Assembly (NCBI GenBank): GCA_030390025.1
Contig: CM059431.1
Coordinates: 107,944,001-108,008,000 of the forward strand
DNA: 64,000 nt
From: Squalus acanthias
Lineage: Eukaryota
Reading direction: 5' to 3'
Shown: piece by piece, positions 1-12,857 of the stretch
Layout of the letters: each line of letters opens with the position of its first letter
Numbering within the stretch: the first letter of the stretch is position 1
Translations under genes and position numbers: made by a program
The notes under the pieces: model-generated
What the model was told of the DNA's origin: nothing
The model's database searches: none
The model's input: the letters and a program-made list of their open reading frames with translations, nothing else

Positions 1-684
1 TTGCCAATGAATGCTGAATTAAGGGGCAATTTTGTACTGTGCTCCTTTAGGATTCCCAACTTCTGCTGGGCAGGGAGGGGGTTAGGGGATCTGAATTGGG
101 GCATTTAATCATTGAAAGTGGCAGCGAGCAAATAAATAGCAGCAATAGGTAATTAAATATCCTTCTCAGAAATAAAACAAAAACAAGCTGATTTATCAGA
201 TTATCCCCATTAAGGAGCACCTCATCAACAGTGATTTAAATACATCGGGAAAAAAACCCAGCACCTGTGAATATGTGCCCATAAAGTAATGACCTCATTA
301 TCCTTGACTCAGTAATTGACTTCAGCTAAAATAGAACAAATGACCTAATTTTTTTTGATTAAGGACTAATTGAGAGAGATTGGCTTTAAACATAAAAGTA
401 AACATTTTTTTAAAGTACATTCTGGAAAGGATCACCTGAGGCAAATCATGTCAATATTGAAAATGATCACAGGGAGTCTCAGCAATATACTGCGCTGTTT
501 TGTTGCAGGGAAACCCATTTTGTTCTTAAATTTCCACAAAGAAGCAAAACATTAGCGTGAAATTCTCCAAATGTAATTTAATTAGTACCCGTGATATTAT
601 TCAACTGCCTCATATTCCAGGCAGCAACATAGGCATAAAATAAAAGTGAAAAGATATTGTATCATAGGACTGAATAATTTTTTA

Positions 685-835
685 AATTTGTTCTCAAGGT
701 GTGGGCAACACTGTCAAGGCCGGCGTTTATTGCCCATCCCTAGTTGCTCTGAGAAGGTGGTGGTGAGCCTCCTCGTTGAATTGCTACAGTCCTTGTGGTG
801 GTCCCACAATGGTGTTTGGAAGGGAATTTGCAGTC
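685..835 (-). mobile_element. LINE (CR1-clade-like) 3' fragment
   Basis: Reverse complement of the 3' part of the copy at 1820-2150 (CACCACCACCTTCTC...GGGATGGGCAATAAA). Confidence 0.65.
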
Positions 836-1108
836 AACTTGTTTATCTGTGGCACAGAACCTTGAGCCGCCTGAATTAAAATATTTCCAGTCTGTGCCTG
901 CACGTGTGCACAGTATGTTTTTATTAATGTGAATTGCCAAAATTATTGAGTGGCCATGACTGAAATAGGACTTTCTGGTTCAAAACCAGGCATGTGTCCA
1001 ACCTGTGCCCATTATAAACTGACTTAAAACTATTCCAATGCATTTTATATGGCTCCTTTGCAGACCAAGAAGAATTTTCTCCGATCAGTCCCAGAAATGA
1101 AAGACCAA

Positions 1109-1756
1109 GGGGGAAAAGCTCGGTGGTGCCCCTTTGGGGTACTAACGTCGCCGGGGTGCTACTTTTAGCACCCTGAAAAAGTTAGTGCCCCTGTGCCGTA
1201 AATTCAGTGGTAACGCCCCAAGCAGGAGGCGGGGCACTACTGGAAGCGCTCCCCCTCCTTCTTGGGGCGCTACCAGTGAATTTTGCGGTGCTACGTGCAA
1301 CAGCGCCACCCGCGTCGGCACGTAGCACTGTGTGATTGCAGGCCTCCCTCCCCTGATTAAAGGGGAGGGGCCTAGCGCTGCGTGCACTGGGACCCTGCTG
1401 GACCACCGGGCAGCGGGGAAAATGGCCTGGCACTCAAGAGGAGTGCTGGGCTGAGCGATTGCAGCTGGCAAACCGAAGAAAAAAGGGGAAGGGGGCAGGT
1501 GCTGGCAGTCGGCTAAAAAAAAATGGCCACCCGACACCTGCCTTTTAAGTAGCGCTGCCGCGGCTGCAAAAACGCCCCCTGACCCTGTCGGACATATCGT
1601 CCGGCGATAGGTTAGGGGGAGCAAGTGGGGCGCTGCATACGGCGATGATGTCATCGCCGGCGGCGCAGCACCACGGGGCGCTACCAGCTACCGCCACTGC
1701 TAATTTTGCGGGAAGCATTGGCGGCGTCGCGCCCGGGGCTAGGTGATTTTTCCCCC
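1109..1756. mobile_element. Harbinger-type MITE, family A (GC-rich, GGCGCT motifs)
   Basis: Ends GGGGGAAAA...TTTTTCCCCC with 3-bp TSD CAA/CAA. Homologous to 42047-42981, 46065-47901 and to the ends of the element starting at 50870. Confidence 0.85.
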
Positions 1757-1819
1757 CAAAGTCTAACTCATTGAGGCATTGACCTCTCCCCACCTTTTAC
1801 AATCAGATTTAAACAATGA

Positions 1820-2150
1820 GAACTCACCAAGGCTTCTTCAACAGCACCTAAAAAACCCACAACCTCTACCACCTAGAAGGACAAAGGCAACAGATACATG
1901 GGAACACCACCACCTCTAAGTCCCCCTCCAAGTTACACACCATCCTGACTTGACATATATCGGCCGTTCCTTCATCATCGCTGGATCAAAATCCTGGAAC
2001 TCCCTCCCTAACAGCACTGTGGGAGCATCTTCACCCCATGGACTGCAGCGGTCGAAGAAAGCCCACCACCACTTTCTCAAGGGAATCTTGGGATGAGCAA
2101 TAAATGCCAGCCTTGCTAGTGATAACCATATCCTAAGAATGAATTTTAAA
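1820..2150 (+). mobile_element. LINE (CR1-clade-like) 3' fragment
   Basis: Degenerate RT C-terminus (TGGAACTCCCTCCCT = WNSLP) followed by a 3' UTR with AATAAA. Confidence 0.7.
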
Positions 2151-3307
2151 AAATAAATCATGTTGATCCTGATGCCACAATAAAACAGACCATAATCAAG
2201 TCGGGATTGTGTTCCAGTAGCCATGTAAATGTAAGCAGGCAAATACTTTTTAAAGGAGTGTGTTCTCTAGGGAGGTGACCAATGACTTTCTCTCACGTTT
2301 GCTGTTTCAAGGCGAAGGATTTTTTCGACACTAAAACGATTATAAAATTACCTGCTTAAGTTGTTACAGCATCACTCTTTGTGGTTTTCACAAACTATTT
2401 AATTTTCTCCAAAATATTGACACAAACTGATGTCTTTTAACTTTTAAGTCGACTGGTGGGATGGCAGCATTCGTTGTTTAATTTCATCAAGTCACTGAAG
2501 TGTGGCAAAAAAATCTCCAAAACGTTGCCATTCTGCTTTGCTGTAACTATGCATTGCTCTTACTCGCTAGCATTTACAATCTGCTGTAAATATTTTTGCC
2601 ATTTGTTGGTTTGTAATAATCAAGGAAAATAATCAAATTTACCTTGAATTTTCCCTCCACTTATATGAATATCTAGGCCAACATCTTTTCTCTCTCCCAG
2701 TGTAATTATACAAACTGAAGGTAATTTTAACTGGAAGAGTTGATCCCATGCTGTACCATTTTGTTCTATATTTGCTCAATCCATCACTGACTCACCTGGT
2801 GTCCCATTCCCTGAATGAACATACCCTCCCTCTCCCACCCCATGACCCCCTTCCCCACTTACCTAATTATGCTTCCTCTACCTAAAGCCAGTGATTAATA
2901 GTACAAATCACCGGCTACTACTCATATTTCAGATATATATATAGAAATTAGTAATCCAAATAATGTTTTCTACATTTAATTTCTACTTATCCCTGTTTGC
3001 ACAAGCATTAGAAATCATCAGTATTTCTTCAGAACCTAGTCATTGTCTTTTAAGATGCCTATTTTAATCTATTATTTCTAGCATTGTATCTGGAATTATT
3101 AGGACAAAGTATTTGTAACATATGTGAAACTGACTGTAATTCTGGCACTCTTTAAAATAATATTCTGTGTCATAAAAGAAACTGTGTGTCAACCTATTTT
3201 TACCATTTGTACTGCCAGTCTTTAAAGATTAAGCAAGGCTAACGACATTCTCCAAATAAAATACATACAAACAGATGCAGATTTTCATACATTTCAGGAA
3301 AATTATT

Positions 3308-4055
3308 GGGCCGTAATTTGTGGCCCTTACAAGCACGTATGAGGTGTGTACGCGCCTGAAAGGGCCGCGCAAGTTCCGAGTTTAGGCATGCGCAGCGCAG
3401 CGCATGCGCGAAAACCGGGAACGTGCGATCTGTCAAGAATCTTTTTGACAGATCCACCGCATCCCCGGGAGATGGGCCTCCGCGTGCGGAGAGTTGCGCT
3501 ATTTGCCCAACTACGGCCCAGCGAATGCCCATGAAATTCTTATGCCTGGTAAAAGCAGGAGTAGGGCCTTCTTTTACCAGCGTAAGAGTTTAAAAAAACA
3601 TTAAAATATTTTTTTTTCAATCATTTATACATTTAAAAACCTGTACAATAAGGCAAGTTTATTTTTAGCCCCTTTAAAACATCTAAATTTTTTATTTTTT
3701 TATTTTTTTTGTTTTTGTTTTAAATATTTAATTAAATGGCATTTTAATTAATTTAAAATGTGATTTTTAAAAAAAATTAATTGACGTGTACGTGTATTTT
3801 TTGGGGTATTCCCATTCATGCTTATGGGGTTTCTGTACATACGGAATCCCCATAAGCATGAATGGGGAATCCCTCTCTGTCATTGGTCGGGCCAGCCCAC
3901 GTGATCCCAGGGGCGTTCGCGAACCGCCTGCGCCCCAGAATCCGTGGGTACCCGGAGAGGCCCAGGACCGCCCGGACCATCAGGTACGCGGGCATTTTAT
4001 TTGCAGATCGGAGGCTTTTCCCCGCGGGGAAGCCTCCGACCACAAATTCAGGGCC
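3308..4055. mobile_element. MITE family B (GC-rich ends, AT-rich core), probably Harbinger-type
   Basis: Imperfect TIRs GGGCCGTAATTTGTGG / CCACAAATTCAGGGCC and an internal palindrome CTGTCAAGA...TTGACAG. Homologs at 34800-35456 and 53124-53882. Confidence 0.8.
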
Positions 4056-4263
4056 ACTAAGTACTTACCAGCGCAACAACATTTTAAAATCATTTCATAA
4101 TAATCAATGACACTGAGTGCTTCAGCAGCATTAAGAGTTAATTGTTCCGTGAAAATGCTCTTCAAATAATGATTGTTACAATGACTCAAAAACATGCACT
4201 TCAAGAAATGAAAGGACAATGAAAGATCAGTGATCAAAAAAAAGAATTGGCATTAATTATTAC

Positions 4264-4435
4264 CTGTGTCCATTCATTGGTCTGCGGATCATAGGATTCC
4301 ATAGTGTTTAGATAGGTCTGTCCATCATACCCACCAACTGCATACAGTTTGTCTCCAAGGAGACAGACTCCAACAGCATCTCGGGGGACGCTTACTGATG
4401 CTATTGTTGTCCAGGTATCAGTCTTTGGATCATAT
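4264..4435 (-). CDS. KLHL1: Kelch-like protein 1, penultimate coding exon (172 bp)
   Basis: Acceptor CATTAG|ATATG and donor ACACAG|GTAATA. Translates [57 protein letters not shown]. The terminal exon was not found in 1-4263. Confidence 0.93.
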
Positions 4436-6089
4436 CTAATGTGTGAAAATGGAGGAAGACATGATAAGGAAAAAGTCCTGTCACTACACCATTGTTGAGT
4501 GAATAACAATACAAGGTTATCTATTAATAAATAATACAAGTCATATATATTAGCTACCTATCATTTGAATGCTTGCGGCAAGAAAGGATCTTCACCCAGG
4601 TTGTTCGAGTTGGCTTTTTTAAATGTATAATATTTCTCCAAATCTTTAGTTTCAGCATGGAAAGGGTAAACTCCCAAGGATACAGACAGGATATTTTTTA
4701 ATAGTAAACCCGTAGCTTTAAACCAGTCTGGTTATCCACTAGACTTTGGCCGCGACTTTGCCGGCGCTCAGAGAGCGGGTTCGGAGGCGGGTCAGAGGTT
4801 AAATTCGATTTGATTGAGGATGGGTCACGAACCCGCCATCAACTCGCCTCCAAACAGCTTTCCCAAGTGTCGGGTCCCCGATTTGCGAATGGACCCGACA
4901 CCTAGTGGCAGGAAGCGGATTAAAGGCCTATTAACAAGTACTTGCCAGTAGTTTTCAGCCTGTTTTTGGATTTTGCCGCTTCTGGCTCGGGTTGCCCGAC
5001 ATCCGGACACCACGCCAGGTAAGTGTGGCGTGTTGTGAGTCTGGTGTAATGTTTGCGAAAAGATGACAGCTGCAGAAGTGGTGTGAAGGATGCAATGTTG
5101 CACATGGTGAGTTTCAGAGCAAAGAAAGTGTTGGTTACTGCATTTTTAAAACATTTACAGATTTCTTTAGCTTACAAGTTTTTAAATCCAACTGTATGTC
5201 CAGTGCCATCTTAAGGGCCTCTCTCACCAGTGACAGATCGCTTCTGTCACCTCACCTGCAGCTGCCATCTATTCCAGCATATGGAGGGAGTCATTGGAGA
5301 GCCTGGGGGCAAGAGTTCACCTTTGTGCAGTGATTGTCAGTGCTTTCAGCACCTCAATGCTGTCAAACACTGAGGGCTGGATTTTGCAAGGCCCGAGGAG
5401 GCGGGTCAGGTGGGAAAGTTGCAAAAAATGGCGTCGGGCTGCGATCCCGCCTCCAACCCACCTCTGCGCAACTTTCCCGAATGCGGGCTTGCAGACTCCG
5501 TTTCGGTCCCGCCTCCAAGCGGCGGGATAGGCCCTTAAGGCACTTAAGTGCCTCTATAATCCCATTTTGAGAGGCCTTTCAGACTTTACCACATTTCCCG
5601 CGTGTTGCATGTCTCCCCTGGAACACGCCAGCTAATCCCGTCAGGGTCACAAGTGCTTGGCTTACTAACAGCTACAGCTCCACCACAAAAAAATGGCGTT
5701 TTCCACAATGATCATTTGCAGGTGCCAGAACTTTCTTTTCTCAGGTCTTGGAAAACTTTTTGCAGGTCTACTGATTTTGGAAGTGCTGAAGCTGAGATCC
5801 ATCTCCACTGTGACCTCCTGGGAAACCCCTCTCCCCACCTTGACTGAGCGCTTCCTCAACTGAGGTATATACCTGCAGCATATTTCTTTCCTCCTGGACC
5901 TCAGATTCAGACAAAGACCAGCCGCAGCAGCAGCAGAACCCGGAACAACAGCAGCACCAACAGCAGCAGCAACAACAGGAGCGCCAACCTGCTGCTCACC
6001 CACCTGAAACTGCACAGACCAGAAGGCGCCAGCGTAGGGAAGGACGTCGCCGCAGGAGATACCCCCAAAACAGGGTTTACAGACAGAGG

Positions 6090-7121
6090 ATGAGCTACCT
6101 CAACATGACTGAGCAGCAGTGCCAAAGGAGGCTGAGACTTTTGCGAGAGGTAGTAGGTGACATCTACGCAATGCTGCAGCAAGACCTGGAGCCCAGAGGA
6201 ACGGGTGGACACCCCTTACCAGTGGCCGTAAAAGTCACCACCGCACTCAACTTTTTTGCTTCAGACTCATTCCAGGGATCAACAGCAGACATCAGTGGCA
6301 TCTCCCAGCCGGCCGCACACACTTGCATCATGCAGGTAACCGATGCCCTCTTTGCCAACGCGCACAATTACATTAACTTCTCCAAGGATCAAGCAAGTAT
6401 AACCTCACGTGCAGTTGGATTTGCTAATATGGCAGGCTTTCCAAGGGTGCAGGGCGTCACAGACTGCACACATGTGGCCCTTAAGACACCCCATCACAAT
6501 CCAGGTCTTTTTGTCAACTGCAAGGGCTTCCATTCCCTCAACTTGCAGCTGGTGTGCAACCACAAGAAGGAAATTTTGCATGCTTGCGCCAAGTACCCTG
6601 GCAGTTGCCATGGCTCCTTCATCCTGCGGCAGTCTAGTGTGCCTCCGCTCTTCAGTCCACCAGACCAACTTTGCGGATTACTACTTGGAGACGAGGGCTA
6701 TCCCCTGAAGACGTGGCTAATGACGCCGTTCAGGAGGCCATCCAATGAAGCTGAGGAGCGCTACAACTCCAGCCACATTTCCACCAGATCCATTATCGAG
6801 CAAACCATCGGCTTGCTGAAGATGCGATTCAGATGCCTTGATAGATCAGGTGGAGCCCTGCAGTACTCAGCAGCCAGGGTCTCCAGAATCGTCGTGGTCT
6901 GCTGTGCACTTCACAATATGGCACAGCATCGTGGCTTGCAGCTGCCTGAGGTACAAGTGGCTCATCGCATAGCCTCCTCAGATGAGGAGGAGGAGGAGGA
7001 TGAGGAGGAGGAGAGCGAGAACGAAGAGCTTGTGGAGGCGCATCAACCAGCGGCAGCAGCATGCGACAACATTGCTGCCCGGAATGCAAGGGATGCACTC
7101 ATCTTGGCCAGATTTGCTTAG
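6090..7121 (+). CDS. Harbinger DDE transposase (HARBI1-like, DDE_Tnp_4 family)
   Basis: 343-aa ORF with motifs [78 protein letters not shown] and an acidic tail. The frame stays open upstream to 5844. Confidence 0.92.
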   Translation: MSYLNMTEQQCQRRLRLLREVVGDIYAMLQQDLEPRGTGGHPLPVAVKVTTALNFFASDSFQGSTADISGISQPAAHTCIMQVTDALFANAHNYINFSKDQASITSRAVGFANMAGFPRVQGVTDCTHVALKTPHHNPGLFVNCKGFHSLNLQLVCNHKKEILHACAKYPGSCHGSFILRQSSVPPLFSPPDQLCGLLLGDEGYPLKTWLMTPFRRPSNEAEERYNSSHISTRSIIEQTIGLLKMRFRCLDRSGGALQYSAARVSRIVVVCCALHNMAQHRGLQLPEVQVAHRIASSDEEEEEDEEEESENEELVEAHQPAAAACDNIAARNARDALILARFA

Positions 7122-7581
7122 GCTGCCCAATCAAACACATTTGGCTCGCACCTTCTTACCACACCATTGACAATGGACAAAAACCTACGGATTCCTATCA
7201 CTCTGACCACCATACTGACAATTCCAAGTCGCCCTGAGCCCTCAATGTGGAAGTCCCATTTGCGAAATGATACAGCCCACAACTTCAACAGTTTGCCATC
7301 AAGTCATGTTATAACATTCATTCACGGATAGCATTTCACAATTAAACACAACAGAACACCCAAGTGACTACCCTTGTGACTACTTGTGCTTTATCTTCCT
7401 CTTACGCGTGCTCCTACGTGGTGCTTCCCCGGTGGCTTCAGCAGATGTGGAGGCCCCTTGCTCACTTTCATGCTGCTCCTGCCTCGACACCTTTGGCGGG
7501 CGTCCTCTGGGGCTGCGAGCCTGTGAGGGCTCGGCAACAGTTTACTGCTCCTGTGGCTGTGCAGGGGCTGAGATGCCGATC

Positions 7582-8600
7582 TCAGTTGGGTGAGGACTCT
7601 GGTGGGGCTCTGACCGAGGGCTCTGCAGTGGCATGGTTGTGTGAGCGCATGGAGAGGAGCCCCCCACTTCCTTGTTCTCTGCCACCAACATCCCTCTCAT
7701 GGGTCAGCCCCACTTCAGAGCTAGCAAGTGGCTTGACAGCACCTTGCTGCACTTCAGGGGGGCCATGAGGACCCATTTCTGCACTGGCAGTCCTACTCCA
7801 GAGGACTTCCATGAAGCTCTGGTTTCTATGCTCAATAGCTGACAATCGCTCCTCCAGAGATGTCAGTCTATTCTGAAAAATGACCATGTTTTTAAGACCT
7901 TGGCGACTTAGCTCCTCCATGGCAGTAGCCATCCTCTCCTCTACGGTATTGAGGGTGGCCTTCCTCCTGTCTTCGCCCTTTCCCTCTTATTGTGGACTCT
8001 CTTTTCCTGCAATGAGGGACACAAGTGGAGTTTGAGTGAGAATGAAGGAGTGAGTGTAGAGAATACATAGCATAGATGCTTAGAAGCACACAAAGATGGA
8101 GTGAGGTCACAAGACCAAGGGCCCTCCCTGTGTGTTGTAAGTTGTTGTCATAGCATAACAGTGATAGGGAGTGTGAGGGCAGCATAGTCGAATAGTTAAG
8201 TGAATGTTTACATAGAGAGAGAGGGAATGGTTAAGGGTGCAAGGGATGTAAGGGTCAAGTGGGATGTGGAGGAGGAGGTTGACAATACAGAGTGCTGGTG
8301 ATGAAAGGCGATGGGGAGCTGATTGAGGGTCATCGTGATGTAATACTCACTTTTCCTGTGCGGAGACGGTCATTAAACCTCTTTCTGCACTGCAGCCAGG
8401 TTCTGCTGCACATTGAAATAGCACTGACCTCCTGTGCCATTTGCAGCCACACAGCTTTGGTCTGCTGGGGAGGTTTTTTCCTCCCAGAGGAAGGAAACAA
8501 CACCTCTTTCTGAGCTCTGGATCCCTCCACCAGAGCATGGAGGCAGTTATCATCAAAGCGGGGTGCAGGCCTTGGACCTTGAGGCTGACATCTCGGCACC
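7582..8600 (-). pseudogene. Harbinger Myb/SANT-like DNA-binding partner gene (NAIF1/MSANTD-like), spliced and frameshifted
   Basis: Exon 1 reads PAPRFDD...WLQMAQEVSA...RTWLQCRKRFNDRLRTGK then GTGAGT (exon ends at 8351). Acceptor TTGCAG then exon 2 from 8006: EKRVHNKRERAKTGGRPP, followed by a frameshift into LNTVEERMATAMEEL (ORF 7582-7932). Confidence 0.85.
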
Positions 8601-9547
8601 ACAAATCCCTCAGAAGTTTCCCAAAAAAAGTTGTAAGGCAGAAAATGAACCAAGGCTGCTTGCAGGCCTTAAATGCAGCTGCAAAAATATCATCAGAGGC
8701 GAGTTCCAGGACCAAAAGACTCATTGGGTTCCCACGCTGGGAATCAAGTGCCCAATTAGGGCAAAATCGCAAAATTATCCCGCCTCACATCGGAGGCAGG
8801 AGCGGGAACCGCCGACCACCTGACCCGCCCCCCATTGACAAAATCCAGCCCTGAGAAATCAACTGTCGAAATAAAATAGTGCGTGGTCCCTTTAAGGAAA
8901 CCGGCAGCTGACGCATCATCGAATGATGTCATCAGATCCGCTTCCTGTTAATTGGCTGGCTAGCTCGCAGGGTGGACTTAACAAGGTCAATCAAGGGAAA
9001 ATCACGTTTGTGGAGCGGAGGCAGCTGAGGGCGGGACTGGAAGCCGGAAACCAGCTGTCCCGCACCCATCCCGACACCGAGGAGAAAATCGCAGCCTTTT
9101 TAATCAAGATGTAGGTTAATTTAGGCTTGCAAAATAATGATTTGAAATGCTACTCAGTTAGACATGCCGGCATTGATGATGCTTATTTATGTAAGTTACT
9201 GAAATTCAGAAGAATGGGACACACTTGAGGTGAGCTAGCTGGAATATTAAGATGCATTGGCAAACATCACATGCCATCAATAAAGATTGCTTTCATTCAA
9301 TGTTGATGAATAGCCATTCTGGGTTAATTAACTCATGAGGGGTGTACTGCCCACCCACAAGTCTAAGGGCAGGCTCCAGTCATGAACACTCTGTGGCTGA
9401 TATTCTAATGGGTGGAGACCTCAGCTGACTGTCTTAGTGGGGCAGCTCTCTGAGACAGGAGTCAGTCCCTCTCTGCCACAGAGTTTTCTGTGCTCTTGCA
9501 ACCAGCAGAGAAATGCTATGTGTATTTTAAAGACCGAGTCAACTTAT

Positions 9548-9900
9548 AGAAACATAGGAGTAGGACATCCAGCCCTTCGAGCCTGTTCCACCATTCAATT
9601 AGATCATGGCTGATCTGTATCTTAACTCCATCTACCTGCCTTGGTTCCATAACCCTTAATACCCTTACCTAACCAAAACCTATCAATCTCAGTTTTGAAA
9701 TTTTCAGTTGACCCCCCACCCCACCCCGCCCCCAGCCTCAACAGTTGTTAGGATGAGAGAATTCCAGATTTCCGCTACCCTTTGTGTGAAGAAGAGCTTT
9801 CTGACATCACCTCTGAGCGGCCTAGCTCTAACTTTAATATTATGCCCCCTTGTTCCGAACTCCCCCACTAGAAGGAATACTTTCTCACTATCTACCCTAT
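9548..9900 (-). mobile_element. CR1/HER1-like LINE 3' fragment
   Basis: Typical CR1 3' end (GATCATGGCTGATC; antisense TTCTTCACACAAAGGGTAG). Confidence 0.8.
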
Positions 9901-9989
9901 ATTTGACAGGTTAAGCTCGGGAGGTCGTCTTCTGTCTTAGAGCCCATGTTCAAAGAGAAAATAAGTCGCATCTCTATTGTTTTCATGAA

Positions 9990-11330
9990 CCAAGGAACAG
10001 AGGAACAGGAAGAGGCCATTCAGCCCCTCGAGCCTGTTCTGGCATTCAATGAGATCAGAGCTGATCTGTATCCTAACTTCATCCACTTGCCTTGGCTTCA
10101 TATCCCTTAATACCCTTGGCTAGCAAAAATCTATCGATCTCAGACTTAAAATATTTAATTGAGTATCTACTGCTTTTTGTGGGAGAGAGTTCACACTTCT
10201 ACCACCCTTTGCGTGAAGAAGTGTTTCCTAACTTGTCACCTGAATGGCCTGGCTCTGATTTTAAGGTTATGGCTCCTTGTCCTAAACTCCCCCACCAGCA
10301 GAAAAAGTTTCTCTCTATCTACCCTATCAATTGCTTTCAAAATCCTAAAAACCTCAATCAAATCACCCCTTAACAATCTATATTCCAGGGAATGCAAGCC
10401 TAGTAATCTCTCCTCATAATCTAACCCTTTGAGCTCTGGTAACATTCTGGTGAATCTGCACTCCTTCCAAGGCCATTATATCCTTTCTGAGGTGCGATGC
10501 CCAGAACTGTCACCAGTACTCCAGATGTGGTCCAACCAGGGCTTTGTATAGCTGTAGCAAAACTTCCTCCCCTTTATATTCTAGCCCTTTAGTTATAAAG
10601 TCTAACATTTCAGTAGCTTTTTTGATTATTTATTGTACCTGACTACTACATTTTAGTGATCTGTGTACATGGACCCCTAAATCTCTTTGGACCTCCACTG
10701 TTCCTAACTTTTCACCATTTAAAAACTAATTGGGTCAATCCTTTTTTTGGTCCAAAATAGATGAGCTGATACTTACCTGCATTGTAATCCATCTGCCACA
10801 GCTTTGCCCACTTACTTAATCGATCAATGTCTCATTGTAATTTTATGCTCCTGTCTACACTATTTATTATGCCACCAATCTTTGTGCCATTGGCAAACTT
10901 GGATAAATGGCTCTCTATTGTGTTATCTAAGTCATTACTAAATACAGTGAATAGTTGAGGCCCCAGCACAGATCCTTGTGGGACACCTCCAGTCACTTCC
11001 TTCCAATTCGAGTTCATACTCATTATCCCATCTCTCTGTCTTCTATCGCCTAACCAGGTCAAAAGTTTGCCTTCAATTCCATGAGCTTCAATTTGATCTA
11101 ATAGTCTCTTATGTGGCACCTTACCAAATGCCTTCTGGAAGTCTGTATAAAGTATATACATAGACATTCCCCTAGCTACTACTTTAGTTACTTCCTCAAA
11201 AAATTCAATTAGGTTCGTTAGACATGATCTACCCTTTACAAATCTCTCTAATCAGTTCAAATATCTCTAACTGCTCAATTACTCTGCCTTAATTATAGAT
11301 TCCAATAACTTCCCCACAACGGATGGTAGA
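9990..11330 (-). mobile_element. CR1/HER1-like LINE, 5'-truncated and degenerate
   Basis: ORF fragments DFQKAFGKVPH...GVPQGSVLGP...FANGTKIG and YEERL...RGDLIEVF. Confidence 0.9.
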
Positions 11331-11836
11331 CTATAGGGGACTCTATGTATTCTGATTGTGTCAAACTGTATACAGTTCATTTTTCAATTTACATAGATAA
11401 ACCAGTTAATGTTCCAAAAACTGTGCCTTGTTTCAATAGGAAACTTTGTCCTTATTCAGTCTGTTTTCTGTAAAGAGAATAAAATTCACATGGTGGCATA
11501 CGTTCTATCTCAGTAGCTGGTGTACTAAGTGTCCACTGTTATGATCCCTGGGTCATGCTATCATTCAACTAGATATTGGGTCAGAGACAGGCACACTCCG
11601 GACCGTAGGTGACATGAGGTCCACTTACAGGGAAGATTTGTAATGCTAAAACCCGAGGAATTATCTCATGTAAAGACGTACCAATTGTGACAATGCTTAG
11701 TAACAGTATAGCACAAGAAACCTGGAGTAATATTTCTTAAGAGTTGGAATGTCATTGGACTTCCATTCTTCACATTTTTTGTACAATATATTAAACATGT
11801 GCCGCCGCAACAAGAAAGTATATTTGCATCTTTCAC

Positions 11837-12049
11837 CTCTCTACACAGTCTGAAAGTCGAGAACAGTGGTTTGAAGCAGGAGCATCGTGGCCTCCAACTG
11901 CGTAAAGGAAACCATCACATGTTGCCACACCCACCCCTCCTCTTCTTTTGGACATTGGTGTGCACATACTCCATTTATTGGTGTGGGGGTCATAGCACTC
12001 TATAGATTTGAGGCAAGCACTTCCGTCTCGCCCTCCAACAGCATACAAC
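11837..12049 (-). CDS. KLHL1: Kelch-like protein 1, internal coding exon (213 bp)
   Basis: Acceptor GTCAACAG|GTTGT and donor GAGAG|GTGAAA. Translates [70 protein letters not shown](R). The ATCDGF and ASNHCSRL motifs are KLHL1-like. Confidence 0.93.
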
Positions 12050-12134
12050 CTGTTGACAAAGTAAGAGATTCTCATTAAATCTTCATTATGAAAATTGGCT
12101 GACAGTTCGTATGTGGTGAACGGTATTCAAATTA

Positions 12135-12705
12135 GAATCATGAAATCATACAGCACAGAAGGAGGCAATTTGGCCGGCTCCCCTGCTCTTTCCCCATAGC
12201 TCTGCAAGTTTCTCCTTTTCAAGTATGTATTCAATTCCCTTTTGAAAATCACTATTGAATCTGCTTCCACCATCCTTTCAGGCAGTGCATTCCAGATCAT
12301 CATAACTCGCTGCATAAAAAACTTCTCATTTCCCTACTGGATTTTTTGCAATGATCTTAAATCCGTGTCCTCTGGTTACCGACCCACCTGCCAGTGGAAA
12401 CAGTTTCTCCTTATTTGCTCTGTCAAAACCCTTCATAATTTTAAACACCTCTATTAAATCTCCCCTTAACCTTCTCTGCTCTAAAGAGAACAATCCCAGC
12501 TTGTCCAGTCTCTCCACATAACTGAAGTCCCTCATCCCTGGTACATCTCCTCTGCACCCTCTCTAAGGCCTTGACATCCTTCCTAAAGTGTGGTGCCCAC
12601 AATTGGGCACAATACTCCAGATGAGGCCTAACCAATGTTTTATAAGGTTTACCATAATTACCTTGCTTTTGTACTCTATGCCTCTATTTATAATGCCCAG
12701 GATCT
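12135..12705 (-). mobile_element. CR1 LINE 3' fragment
   Basis: ORF fragments [32 protein letters not shown] and WNALPE. Confidence 0.88.
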
Positions 12706-12857
12706 TGTTGTGGTGGGGATGTGGCTGTAGGCCTTGGCATTGAATTTTTCCCATTTTCTACTGTTATTCTGCCAGATTTTAGACAGGATTGCGGTGGAAA
12801 ATCCAGCCCTATCACTCAACTCAGAGAAAGCATCTCTCCCCAGTTTACTGTATCAGT

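Larger units (their letters stand above)
5374..8851. mobile_element. PIF/Harbinger DNA transposon, full-length two-gene structure (~3.48 kb)
   Basis: Perfect 13-bp TIR GGGCTGGATTTTG / CAAAATCCAGCCC and 3-bp TSD TGA (5371-5373 and 8852-8854). Convergent transposase and Myb/SANT genes. Confidence 0.95.
4748..9096. mobile_element. Harbinger-type MITE family C, split by the 5374-8851 Harbinger insertion
   Basis: Ends GGCCGCGACTTTGCC / GGAGAAAATCGCAGCC. The two halves (4748-5373 and 8855-9096) align co-linearly with the copy at 38205-39926. Confidence 0.8.

Noticed and set aside
1..4263. Terminal KLHL1 exon (expected roughly xASLNIGRAGACVV)
   Set aside because: No matching minus-strand sequence was found. 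ORF 740-940 (LCTRAGT) is only superficially similar.
5918..5980. CAG/CAA-rich tract as a homolog of the human ATXN8/ATXN8OS repeat associated with KLHL1
   Set aside because: It lies inside a TIR/TSD-bounded Harbinger transposase frame in a 3' intron, whereas the human locus is at the 5' end of KLHL1. Coincidental.
6090..8600. Host genes HARBI1 / NAIF1
   Set aside because: They are enclosed by TIRs and a TSD, nested in a MITE, and the partner gene is frameshifted. These are transposon genes, so no symbol was given.
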